Origin: Botryllus schlosseri
Lineage: Eukaryota
Assembly: GCA_051294905.1 (NCBI GenBank)
Contig: CM119372.1
Coordinates: 27,220,001-27,284,000, forward strand
Reading direction: 5' to 3'
DNA length: 64,000 bases
The notes beneath the pieces are model-generated. The model was not told the DNA's origin and ran no database searches. It saw only the letters and a program-made list of their open reading frames with translations. The position numbers were made by a program, and so were the translations under genes. Positions 35,680 to 47,229 of the stretch are shown here, one piece after another (the stretch's first letter is position 1; the number at the start of each line of letters is the position of its first letter).

Positions 35680-36643
35680 TAGGGTTGCCACACGTCTGGA
35701 ATTTCCCGGACATGTCCGGAAATTCACTGTTCAAACTAGCGTCCGGGAGCAATTTCTAAAATATGCCAAGTGTCCGGAATTTTGAAGACTTGACGTAGGC
35801 TCCTAATTTTTGTGTAAATCAGCATAAAAACAATATTTTTTGGGAATATTTATGCTGATGCATGATATTTTTCTTCGCGCTGCGCGCGATTTACATTCAC
35901 ATTTATGGATTTTAATTTGAAGACTATCACCCTCGCAAAATCTGCAATAAATATAAATTACAACAACCTTCATTTACTGGAATAAGCCTAATTGCAATCG
36001 CAATTATAGGAGAACGGTACATTCCTAGAGATCGTTAAGGCCGTTTAAATGCTTTATTCAAAGATAGTGGTTCCAAGCGCGCGAGGGGGGGTTGGGGGGT
36101 CGTTTGCCTTATATTGTTGATGTTGAACGTAATCAGCTTCCAAAATAGCCCGTGAGTAAGTCTGGGCAAAGGTGCTGACTTCTATTAGTAATCAGCTCGT
36201 CAAATTATGATCTGAGCCACGGATCATATTCAAATTTGAGATGGAGTCGCGACCATAAATGGTTGGAAACCACTGGATATGGGGTGTTTTTAAAGCTCCG
36301 TGGTGCGCACCGGCATAAGGCTGATAAAGGTTCTTATCGGTAGGACATGAACATGACTTAACGATGTGCAATTACGCTCCCTGTATTTTCGAACTCATCA
36401 TCATCCACCAGCTTCATCGATAGTGTGGCTCAAAATCATTGTTTATTAGGGCGGGAGGGGGCTGAAAACATGTGCTTTCGGTACCGGTTACACAACTCAC
36501 AGCCACATACTTCTGAACCGGATCGTGGCCACCTCTGGTCTATGAGCAAAGCTTTGCTAGTGTGACGTCATAACTTCTTTTGGAATCCACCAGTGTGCGC
36601 TAAAGAGTGTCCGGAATTTGGGTTGCTGAAAATGGTAACCGTA
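35680..36643. mobile_element. hAT-type MITE (TAGGGTTGCCA family, TCCGG subterminal motifs)
   Basis: TIRs TAGGGTTGCCA...TGGTAACCGTA; perfect TSD CCATAGAA. Confidence 0.88.
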
Positions 36644-36824
36644 CCATAGAATCACGTTTCGATTTAGGCTCGAACTTATAAATTTGCGGGTACATACATA
36701 TTGCAAGTAAATCAACATTGTGAATTCCAAATACCGCGTTATAGCGATAAAACATCACAGGCAATTATTACATAAAGAGTTTCCGTGTGCAACCATGTTT
36801 CAGTTGTTGCTTGATTACTTAGTG

Positions 36825-37800
36825 CAGTGTTTCTTAACCTTATCACCAGGGGGCGTTTTGGATTTTCAAGGGGGTGGAAACGCTCAAGGGGCGATATGGG
36901 GAGCGCTGGTTTCAGGGGGTGGTATGGGGGGGGGGGGGGCGCTGCAGAAAAATGGCATCACCGTAGAGGGTGCAGTAGGTACATAGTATACCAGCAGTTC
37001 TACATATCCGTGAGTTCTCATTGCAAATTAGCATTCGACAAAATCTGTCAAATCTCGAAATTTTTCGTCGTGCTTCGCGCGAAATTTATGCCGTCCATTT
37101 TCCTTGTATGCAGTGATTTATTATAATTCATATAAAATGAATGCACGTACTTTTTTTTATCGCCAATTACCCGTTTAAATACAACCATCACGCTACCTAG
37201 GGTTATTCCCGCAGAATGTTTCGAACTAGGTATTTTATCCCGCAACGAACATCGTGTCAAAGTCGAATAAAGAGGCATTGTACCACTTTTAAGAGCCAGA
37301 GTGAGAGCCCTTTGTACATTAAAGATGCTCTGAAGCTTTTTGGTCTAAATGATTAACTAAATATATTTGTATTTGAGAGCCACAAAACTTAAATCTTCAG
37401 AATATTTCTTCATCGTATCATGAAGGATGATGCTGTTTAGTGTTGTGACCCGCAACCTCACATGAACGTTATAGAATATGGATTTATTTGTTTTAAATAC
37501 AATAATGTTAAATTTAATTGACCAGATGGTATGAGCCCGTACCCGATGGTTGTTATGACAAACTTGATTTGATCCCGCATATAGCACATACAATTATCAT
37601 AGCGTTGATTTTGTCGAGTGGTCCTCCCTTGGGCGCGATTCAAGCTATTTCCAATAGTGAAGTTCCAACACGAAAAGACCGACTGGACTTCGAACTCCTA
37701 CCCCTTGTTTTTACTACTGTCCTTAAAATATGGGGGTGGGCGCTAGATCCAGGCAATTTTCGAATGTGGGCGATGCAGGAAAAAAGGTTAAGAACCACTG
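36825..37800. mobile_element. Older hAT non-autonomous element
   Basis: Ends CAGTGTTTCTTAACCTT...AAGGTTAAGAACCACTG; flanks ACTTAGTG/AGTTATTG match at 6 of 8 positions. Confidence 0.7.
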
Positions 37801-40298
37801 AGTTATTGCAACTATTATGCTTGATTTGGCTTTTGTATCATTGGTCCTCACCCTATGAATTTTATAAATGAGTCGAAAAGAGAAATTCCACTAAATGAAG
37901 GTATTGAATAAAAGAATATGTGCCATTGTACGCTGCGTCTGATGTTACAAGTCATCAGATGCCGGCCATCCTAAAATAGATTTTATGTAGATGCTAGCGT
38001 CGTAATCGAACACTATCATGTATTGATGGATCGAAAGTGACCAGAGTAGGCATATGTACTAATTACTATCAAATTTATAATGCACTTCAAACATGTATAA
38101 ATAGGACGCATTGCACAGCACTATAGCATTCGGTATTAGAAACTACAAAGGACACTGGCGTCTGTGTTCAACTAAATCATGACATACTGTCATTAACTAC
38201 ATGGAAATCTATTCAGACAAGTTACAATAATAATAATAATTACACTTACTTAACCCGATATATGCTGTTACGTAACCCGGAGCATCACAGCAAACAGCAG
38301 AAACATTCCGGATCGATTGATTGTTATTTAACCGTAAATGATTGACAGGCCACGCAGTTACCGTTCTATCCCATTCATATTTCCATGATCCCTACACTTC
38401 GCATTAAAGAGGATTGCTGGTTTGTTGGTGTTGAAGGTTACAAAAAAAATGTATGCGTCGATCGAAATTTATTTTACACCCTTCGAAACAGAAAACATCT
38501 GTCAAAGACCCCATAACTGGCGCACGTCGAAGTTTTTTTTGTGTGAGGAAAGATTTTGCCAACATGCAATTGTAGACAAATTCATGGAGTGTAATCATGG
38601 AATTTCCACGGAGAATTTTTCAAGTATTTTTGGTCAAAGTGATCCATCGGTACCATATCTGCCATACACAAAGTATTTAGGCGTCTATTGCTGCAAACTG
38701 AGATGGGGATGGCTTTTCTAGTGAAACTGCGTTAAGCGTGGAATATTTCCAGCGCTTCGACCTCGGAGAAACAATATCCGTTAATTGTCGGAGATATTAT
38801 CCCAAATTCAACGAGTCAAAATTATTCCTTTTTGATAGTGACGTAAATATTATCAAGGGTGGATGACAATGTTCGGATTCTGTAATAACCTCCTGTATCA
38901 ACGAAATTCGGCGAGACTTCTTCCCATTCTCAAGCTTGCGCGGGCATGCTATCGATCCATTCGCATGTCTGATGCTGACGTGGAAGCATACAGAAAAGAC
39001 CTTGGAGAACTGTTCAATGACATGACAGTTCCATTTCTGGGTATATTTAATTGGAAATTTCTGACTGGATAATAAAATAAATTCATTCTATGAAATTTGC
39101 GACCGTCGAGTTGTTGAAAAGCTTAATACAGTGTAGAGCAATTTTGAGATAAGTCAATGTTCAGTATTTCGCATCAATCGTTCCGGATACAGAAATGAAT
39201 CTGAGCGAAACACCTTACCCGAGATCCGTAGTATTGGAGTAAAGTTTTTCCTCTATGTATTTCCCAACTCGTATTTCCGATAGATCGCAGCTCATATTTC
39301 ATAAAGCATATAGTTTCAGTGACGTGTCAAAGATTATGATTCCAAACGGATACCTACTGCGGGACGTGGGTATTTGAGATTGTTTTCAGCAAAACTGATC
39401 ACCAATATCATGTGGACGATGAATATACACCAGCCTCATGCTGTTAGTGTTATTGTCTAACTGTTAGTTGTTGGATAACTGTTTGTTCATTTGCATTCAT
39501 CATAATCAGAACATGCATTCGGTTCAATGATATAGCCTCCGTATTATGACTGCTGAATAGAACGCGATGTCGCGGGTTCCAATAATTTAATATCGTATGG
39601 GTCGACGATCACTAATACAAGTCGTCAGAAGGTTCATGCTGCATTTAATTACGATCAACATATTTCAACATGTTTAAAAGCAGCGTCTTAGATCACATTT
39701 TTTGAATGAAACCCTACCGATGAAGCTACAAAGATTGTCTTGCGGATTCCGTGGCTTCTAATAGGGGAATCAAACACTTGGTGCGTTCCAAAGACGCAAT
39801 ATATTTCGAATATAAACCCGTTTGCAGCGTGGGCTACTTCACGACTGAAGCTAGTGGGGAGGGAGTTACATACTAAGATTTGGTAAGTGTACCCATCAGG
39901 TATTGCCTGAAAAAAGTCAGTGAAACTTAATTCCTAACACCAGCTATACTTTGTTCAACAAACTGGATTGACACGTTTGAGTCTCCAGCCATTTCTCTAG
40001 TTCAAGAAGTTTGGATCTGTGAAGGGTATCATTACCTTTCGTCTTATACTTCCTCTTGCGTAGAAGAAGTGGAGACATCTGGCCGTGAAAAAGGTGGGCT
40101 TTATTTTTCACGACATTCTGCATAATGTGTCATGTGTTCTCTGTATCGTGTGGTCAATAAATCTTTTGTTTCATCCTACTCGCCACCTATCAAAGCGGAG
40201 CGGCAGAAAGTTTCGAGACCAAGTTTTATTTAACTCGATTATAACTGCGTTGCAATATTTACAATCAATGAATTTTATTACCGGGAAATAAATCAGCT

Positions 40299-40514
40299 CT
40301 ATGCACCGTATCCATCTTGGGATTCTAGCGGCTGGCTAATTCCTTGCAAATGCACAACTCCTCCAAAGTCACAGCTTGACGAGGATGGAATAGCATCGTA
40401 GTAAGCTTGGAACACAGGGCCAGCGCCCACACGTAGACGGAGCTGATCGCAGGAGTTGGGGTCGGTGGAGCAGCAGGATGTAACGTCGGACGCAGAGTTG
40501 CATTCCTCCTGAAC
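40299..40514 (-). CDS. Terminal coding exon of a minus-strand gene; Cys-rich, resembling the C-terminal half of an X8 (CBM43) domain
   Basis: Acceptor TGTCCCAG (40515), phase 0. Encodes VQEECNSASDVTSCCSTDPNSCDQLRLRVGAGPVFQAYYDAIPSSSSCDFGGVVHLQGISQPLESQDGYGA*. GC content is higher than the flanks, and there is a minus-strand AATAAA at 40279-40274. Confidence 0.55.
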   Translation of the reverse strand, partial: VQEECNSASDVTSCCSTDPNSCDQLRLRVGAGPVFQAYYDAIPSSSSCDFGGVVHLQGISQPLESQDGYGA

Positions 40515-41454
40515 CTGGGACATGAACGACTGAATGAGATAATGCGGTAATGAGAATAAGATCAATGAATATATAAATATTGTGCAAACAAAATAGGATA
40601 ACGTCTCAATGAGCCTAGAGTAGAAGTCGACCGCGCATGAAGTGGTATTTACAGTATTCATCAGAAAGAGTGTTGGCCCGAGGTAAATTACCACAGATTT
40701 GAAACAATCTAAATACCTACAAAGTCACGATCACAGCGTCTAATGGCAGTGTAGTATTGTTTAATATGGCTCATAATATTTACCATTTCATATGCTGGTA
40801 AATACATTATCCAAAATTTATTATCCACTTGCTACTTCTAGCTCTACGAATTTCGCAACATTTCGAGTGGGCAAAATATTGTTTTACATTCCAATATCGT
40901 ACAGCAGACCTGGGCAAAATGCGGCTCGCGGACCAAATGCGGCCCCGAAGCTATTCTGTGCGGCCCGCGAAAGGTTGCTTGGAATTCAAAACATAAAACC
41001 TTATTTTTGAATGACTAAAACCATGGGCTGTATCAAATGAACAGGAAATTCGTTTACTTTGAAGCATGTTCATTAATATACCACGATTACGCTGCCCACG
41101 TACCTGGCATGCGTAATCCAGCTTCAAAATAGAGGCAATGCGGCAAAGTATGAGTAGCAATTGAAGTCACTAGAAATAACTCGTTCTGTATAGCTTAGTT
41201 CAGACCTTCCTCGTTGACATTGTCACGTTACGCATTATACGGTATTAGTTTCAATTTGTGACGTTATATGTTTCCACATCTCTAATTCGTAAAACCAGTC
41301 AATCAGTAGTCGCGAATACTATATGACTCACCAATCACCATATATATCATAAATAAAGGATTAACGAGCATGTCAAAAAAAAAGGCGAAAACTGAAATTC
41401 AAAGAAGGTATATAATTTAGAGCACTAAATATTCGCATAAGTCACGGGGTAAAC

Positions 41455-42642
41455 CAGTGGTTCCCAACGTGGGCGATATAGCCCCCCAGGGGGCGATTTG
41501 GCGGTCTAGGGGGGCGAAAATGACGAAGGGGGCGATAGGGGGGCGAAAACGAAAGAAGGGGGCGATAAGGGGCGAAAACAACGAAGGGGGCGATAGGGGG
41601 GCGTTGGCACGTTAAAACGGCTATATTGGAGTCGGGACCGTAACTACCGCACCCCAAATCCCCCAATTGGGAGTGGAGGGCCCGAAATCGAAGGAAGCCC
41701 AATTTATTTCGTGAATTAACATGAATGATCGAGTAATTTTTTAGAAATTCATGCGACTTTTTCAAAAGTTTTCGCGCTGCGCGCGATTTAATATTGTCAT
41801 GTATCTTGATGTTGGGGTCCCCATCACCCAACAAAAATACGCATGATTTATGGAAATGGGAGACTTCGGCGTCGGCCATTACTGCGCCACGACGCACCAA
41901 GACATATGAAGTTAGAGGCCATGAAACATGCGACTCCGAGAAGTGTGCCAGAACGATCATCAGCGTGAAGACCTAGTCCGAAAGGAATGCCCTTGTGCTG
42001 ACCGAAAACTTCGATATATATACAATATATGTTTAACTGTCCATTGGCGCCTCAATGGCTGGCGTCGAATGTTCCTGTCCTGGCGACCTTAACCCTACAG
42101 GACAAATGCCATACCGCAAGGAAAAAATTATTTGACAGTAAAGAAATACCAATATGAAATCATGTGCGTCTTTTAGTTTGGTACGTTTTGACGATTTCCA
42201 TATCTTCTGACATAGCAGATATCGGAGGTCACGAAATATTATCATGTAAAGAAGTCAATATAAAAACGATTCCGTCGAAGATGTTTAATTATTATTTAGG
42301 GGTCATACCTTTTCCAACATATCATACCGACCATATTGACCGATTCCAACATGAATTATATAAATTTGTCGCGCTTCGCGCGTTTAGGCGAAATACGGTG
42401 ACTCAACAAACAATACATGAAATAGGGTGGGCCTATAGCTGATATGTAGCGACAAAAAGCCCACTGGCTAAGGGGGATCTGGGGTTTGGTTTATCACCAT
42501 ATGGGGCCAAAGATCAACGTTTTTTTTCGGGGGGGGGGGGGGGTGACGAAGTGCTGTTTTTCGGTTCCCGATATTTTGGGGGCGATGATCGGTGTGGAGC
42601 TTCAAAAGGGGGCGATGAGTCGAAAAAGATTGGGAACCACTG
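41455..42642. mobile_element. hAT non-autonomous element, family A (uninterrupted copy)
   Basis: TIRs CAGTGGTTCCCAA...TTGGGAACCACTG, GGGGCGA subterminal repeats, perfect TSD GGGTAAAC. Confidence 0.92.
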
Positions 42643-42655
42643 GGGTAAACCCATC

Positions 42656-43239
42656 CAGGGTTGTAACCAAGTCAGAAGGCTCCAAGTCACAAGTCAATCT
42701 CACTTTTATAGTTATGACTCTAGTCAAGTCGAGTCATTCCAATTCACCACCGAGTCAAGTCCGAGTCCAAGTCAGCGAGCAGAGGGTCGAGTCCGAGTCA
42801 TGGAATTATGACTCGAGTCCGAGTCCAAGTCATTGTGTAGACTGCTCAGTTTCCACTTAAAGTCTTGGTAAACCCACTTTTTATAACTCTGTTTGGTGAT
42901 ATCGAATGTTTCGCATTTATAATATACCATTTTCCTCACTTTTAGCAGTTTCTGGTCGCATATTCAAGTACGAGTACCAACAGACGAAATCTCAATAGTG
43001 TGTTGGCTTCGGAATTACAATGAAATGTTGGTCTTGGCCTTCTCAGTCTCGAGTCAATGACTTGGTTCGAGTCATGAGCAATGACTCGAGTCCAAGTCGA
43101 GTCAATACACAGATTGACTCGAGTCGAGTCGAGTCATTTCCGTATTTTGAAAAATTGACTCGAGTCAAGTCGAGTCATCAGAAAATAGTGACTCGAGTCG
43201 GACTCGAGTCGATTCATGACTCGAGTCATTACAACCCTG
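42656..43239. mobile_element. GACTCGAGTC-rich hAT-type MITE, complete
   Basis: TIRs CAGGGTTGTAA...TTACAACCCTG; perfect TSD AACCCATC. Confidence 0.92.
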
Positions 43240-43456
43240 AACCCATCCTTTCAGTTTTTGCTGATCATGTCGCCGAGATTAAGGATTTTAATGAAAGTCG
43301 GTCTTAAGACAAAAGTACGAAACACTGGGTCAAGGTAGGGTGAAGTTCGGAGAAACTGCAAGCTTCGCTCAACATTAAGGCCATTTATCCTACACATTGC
43401 TTGGAAGGCAGCGATCAAGAAAATAAGCTTTGTACTATTGCATACACATTCCAGTG

Positions 43457-43736
43457 CAGTGGTTCTCAAACTAGGAGACGTGAAAGCATCAGAAGGGTGG
43501 CGCGAAGCCAAAGTTCACTGATATAACCCCAGCTAGTTGTTGCTCTGTGTATTGTCCAACTTTGATATTTCACAATTCTCTCATCAACAGCCATAATCTC
43601 CATGCAATCAAACTATTTGTTGGGCTTGCTAGCATTCCGGTTGCACTTTTTAATAGTTTGTGATATCATGATAAGTGGGCGCGAAATTGTTCACTATCAT
43701 AGAAGGAGTCAAGCCTAAAAAGTATAAGAACCACAG
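43457..43736. mobile_element. Short degenerate hAT MITE
   Basis: Ends CAGTGGTTCTCAAACT...AGTATAAGAACCACAG; no clear TSD. Confidence 0.55.
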
Positions 43737-44836
43737 TTTTAGATTCTTAATAGAAGAGCGTGGATAGGGGAACGAGGGCTAAAATGTATCATATTTAACA
43801 TAATATAACTTCCTCATTACCTAATATCAACACATTCACTGAGCAGCATTTATTACCAATGTAATTTAAAAATAAAATTAAAACACGCTGGAGAATATAG
43901 CTAAATTTTATCACTCGGCCCGCCAACGTATATATTTTTTTCATTTGGCCCACGGAGGAAAATAATTGCCCACCCCTGCCGTATAGGAGTGCCCTAAGAA
44001 CGCAAATGGTTTTGCACATGAACGGGTAAGCTGAGCTCAGATGCTAATTGATTGGTTGGTACTAGTAGTGTCTATCGGCAAATGACAACTGATATAACAG
44101 ATAGGCGCAAAGAAGAACGGAAGTCCAGTGAGTATGAAGCATCAAATTTTCATTCCGTGGAAGTATAGGGACAAAAGAAGTTTATTTCTTACTAACCTAG
44201 GAGTCGTACACCCCATGGGGTCGTTTGCCCATTTCCTAGGGTCGCGAAGGAAATAAAATACCACTGATTACTACAAGAATGACAATTACTCGGGGGCTAT
44301 CGGCGGCTCATTTCTGAAAATTTTAGACAAGGTATCAGATCAGTCGAAGCGTCATTTTGATGTGAGCCAAATGTAACGTAAGAATGGTGTCTGGCCATTA
44401 CTATGACGACTAAACGATCGGTGCATCGAAACCAATGGGAAAACTACGAGCGAGTCGGCAGCGCTATGTGTTAATAGTGTGCATTACGGTTATCCAAAAT
44501 TTGGAAAATCTTAAAAATACTCCGTGACTTGACTGTGTCTCATTCTATAGGTCATTAATAAAAAACAACAATGAACCTGAAAGAAGTATACAGGAAAGCC
44601 GTAAAGATTTGGGGCAAAGCGTTTGAAAGTAGCTGCTCAAGAATGGTCGCGCCACCGACCATAGAGCGGCGAGAAGACTAGTAATCAAATAACCACGGCT
44701 CTTGATTTGCTAATCGGCTATGCTTCAAGGATCACGGCAGCAGCAGCTTGCTGATTAGGTGTTCAAGGAGTCAGTCTGCTACCGGCGGGGATTCTGAATG
44801 CGCATTGCTGGTAGGTGGGCAGATGAGGATTTAAGA

Positions 44837-45647
44837 TTAATTCAGGAAATGTTGATGTATCGATTTGTCGGTGTTGTGAATATTCAACGAAAATCGGGGC
44901 TCATTATTGTTCATGGTTCGCATATTTGACAGTGAATATATCGCTTTTGTGCTGTTCATTGTATCGATAGCATCGACGGTATAGTTGATCGAATAACCAT
45001 GTAGTAAGACGAATACACGAGTGTTTGCGCGTTGGATCTCCAAGTCTTCCGTTGAACAAAGCCGATTTTATTGATCTTTCGTTGCAAGATTGGAGATCGT
45101 CAAAATTAATTTGTAATATAATAAGGTGTACCAAATCGCTGGTATCAAAATAAACGGCTATGATAATGTTATCGATGGATCAAAACCTGCATTATTTCTC
45201 AATATTTGTACACCGACATATTGCATGTAATGTCATACGCCTTATTCGCGCAAATACTTGGTATGGCTAAAAAAACGCGAATAAATTGATATGTGTGAAG
45301 GTATATGCATTGGTACTTTTCATGGAAGCAAACACGGGTTATGAATGAACATATTTATTTTGAATATTGATCGTTAGTTCTGGTTTACCGATTCAGAGTG
45401 AATATATTTACAAAAACTTTCTCATATTGGTTATCCGATTTTGAATGATTTCGAGTGATATGCATTGATCAATAACGAATAACACATCATATCCGTGTAC
45501 CTATCATCTGTATAGTGCTACCAAGAATACTCACAAGCATACAACCGCGAATTAATAGCACGGTGGTGAGCATGAATTCATCCATTTTCGAAGATCGTTA
45601 CCGTTACCCAAGTATCAACCAGGTAACAAAATTGTTACTTCAGACAT
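44837..45647 (-). pseudogene. Possible decayed stand-alone PIF1-like (SF1B) helicase
   Basis: ATG at 45647. In different frames but in PIF1 order: MSEVTILLPG*YLGNG (degenerate Walker A), SILGSTIQ (motif Ib G.TIH-like, ~45520), YDVLFVIDQ (Walker B-like, ~45480), RLCST...NTRV..LLHG...Y..DAID (~45060-44970). Confidence 0.3.
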
Positions 45648-46102
45648 ATTGACGCTGGAAAATAAATTCAAAGCACGAATCCGAACACGAACATAATCCA
45701 CGTATCGAAACCTGTATTACTAGCCATATTTCTAAAACATTATGTCGGTGTACAACATCACATTGTTATTGCATGCTGGTAACCGTAAAGTCATGGAGGT
45801 TGCTAATTTCGACATATTGACTCTGTGGTCGGCTAAAGCACGAACGGGGACACACACACATGTGTGATTATCTCTTACACACACCGGGACACACAGTATT
45901 CGTCGATTTCCAAAGCGTACATTTCGATAGACAAGAGTCTATTGTTATTTCATGTGGTTAACCGACGATATAGATGCGATGCTACCGACGTGGGTATACT
46001 ATGAAACCGGTTGTCGTGTATATTTTCGTTACTGCTAGTTGTAATCAATTACAAACTGTCGCTAACACAACAAATACCGAATTGATAGGTGTGGTTGTCA
46101 GA

Positions 46103-46640
46103 TTTCAAAACGAAAATGGTATTTTTACTCAGGTAAGCATCACATCTCCAAGTGAAAACGGTATTGTTACTCAGGGAAATGATAGTTTTCCAAACGAAAA
46201 TGGTTTATTACTCAGGGGAAAAATATATTTCCAGACGAAAATGGATTGTTACCCTAGGTAACGACAGATTTCCAAACGAAAATGGTTTGTTACCCAGGAA
46301 TAAGAAAGATTTTCAAGTGAAAACGGTATTGTTACCCAAGGATAAGATATATTTTTAAGTGAAAATGGTTTGTTACACAGGGACAAAATATATTTCTAAA
46401 CGGAAAGGGTTTGTTACTCAGGGAAAAAAATATATATTTCGAAACGAAAATGGTTTTGTTACTCTAGGAAACGATAGACCTACAAGTGAAAATGTATTGT
46501 TACTCTGGGTAAACGATAGATCTCCAAAAGACAATGGTATTTTTACTCAGGTAAGGGCGGACCTCCAAGGGTAAATGGTAATTTTACGCAGGTAATTGTC
46601 AGTTGTCCAAACGAAAATGATATTTTTACTTGGGTAGGTA
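46103..46640. repeat. Minisatellite, ~13 degenerate copies of a 41-42-bp unit
   Basis: Approximate consensus TTTCCAAACGAAAATGGTTTGTTACTCAGG followed by ~11 variable nt, repeated head to tail. Confidence 0.9.
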
Positions 46641-47229
46641 CCGTGTGTTCAACGCTGGTAGTGTGATTGGTCTTGTTAAACGTAGTTGTCGAGTTGTACA
46701 ATATACTTGTAAGTATACAATTACGAAGGGGAGGAAAATGAAAATGTTATTACCACTGCAGGAAGGTTGTGATATGTTGATTTGATTTGTCGGGTCAGTA
46801 ACCCTATCATTCGCATATGACAAGCAAAATCATTACCGCGTGAATACATGTAACTGACTCGCTCGGTCTCAACCAATGCAAAATAGATGGTTCGTTTTAA
46901 AACCGATACCGCGTGTTAGTCGATGCGATTTCTACCTCCGCGCATTCAGTCATGTCGAGTCCATTTTAATACGGGTCCACAGGTACGAAACACACACTAA
47001 CACCGTAAACAGAAGACGATGATTTTGATACACATTAATAAACAGATTTTCTCAACTACCTGTTCAACTAAATCGGAATTGTTGTAGAAAGTAAATAATT
47101 TTTTTGAGTTGTGTGTTTGATGAAAGTGATTGGTTACAAGTAGTAGAAGTGTGGTGGGAAAAGAAAATTTATTTTTTCTGTGTGTGACAGTTTGGGGTAA
47201 AATGAGAATAGATTCGTGGTTTTAATTGA

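Larger units (their letters stand above)
40905..43978. mobile_element. Older hAT MITE (GGCCC subterminal motifs) hosting three younger insertions
   Basis: Ends CAGACCTGGGCAA...TTGCCCACCCCTG; flanks TCGTACAG/CCGTATAG match at 6 of 8 positions, both mismatches being transitions. Confidence 0.6.

Noticed and set aside
46103..46640. CRISPR-like appearance (conserved core plus variable part)
   Set aside because: The variable parts are only ~11 nt and resemble each other, the core is degenerate, the context is eukaryotic and there are no cas genes.
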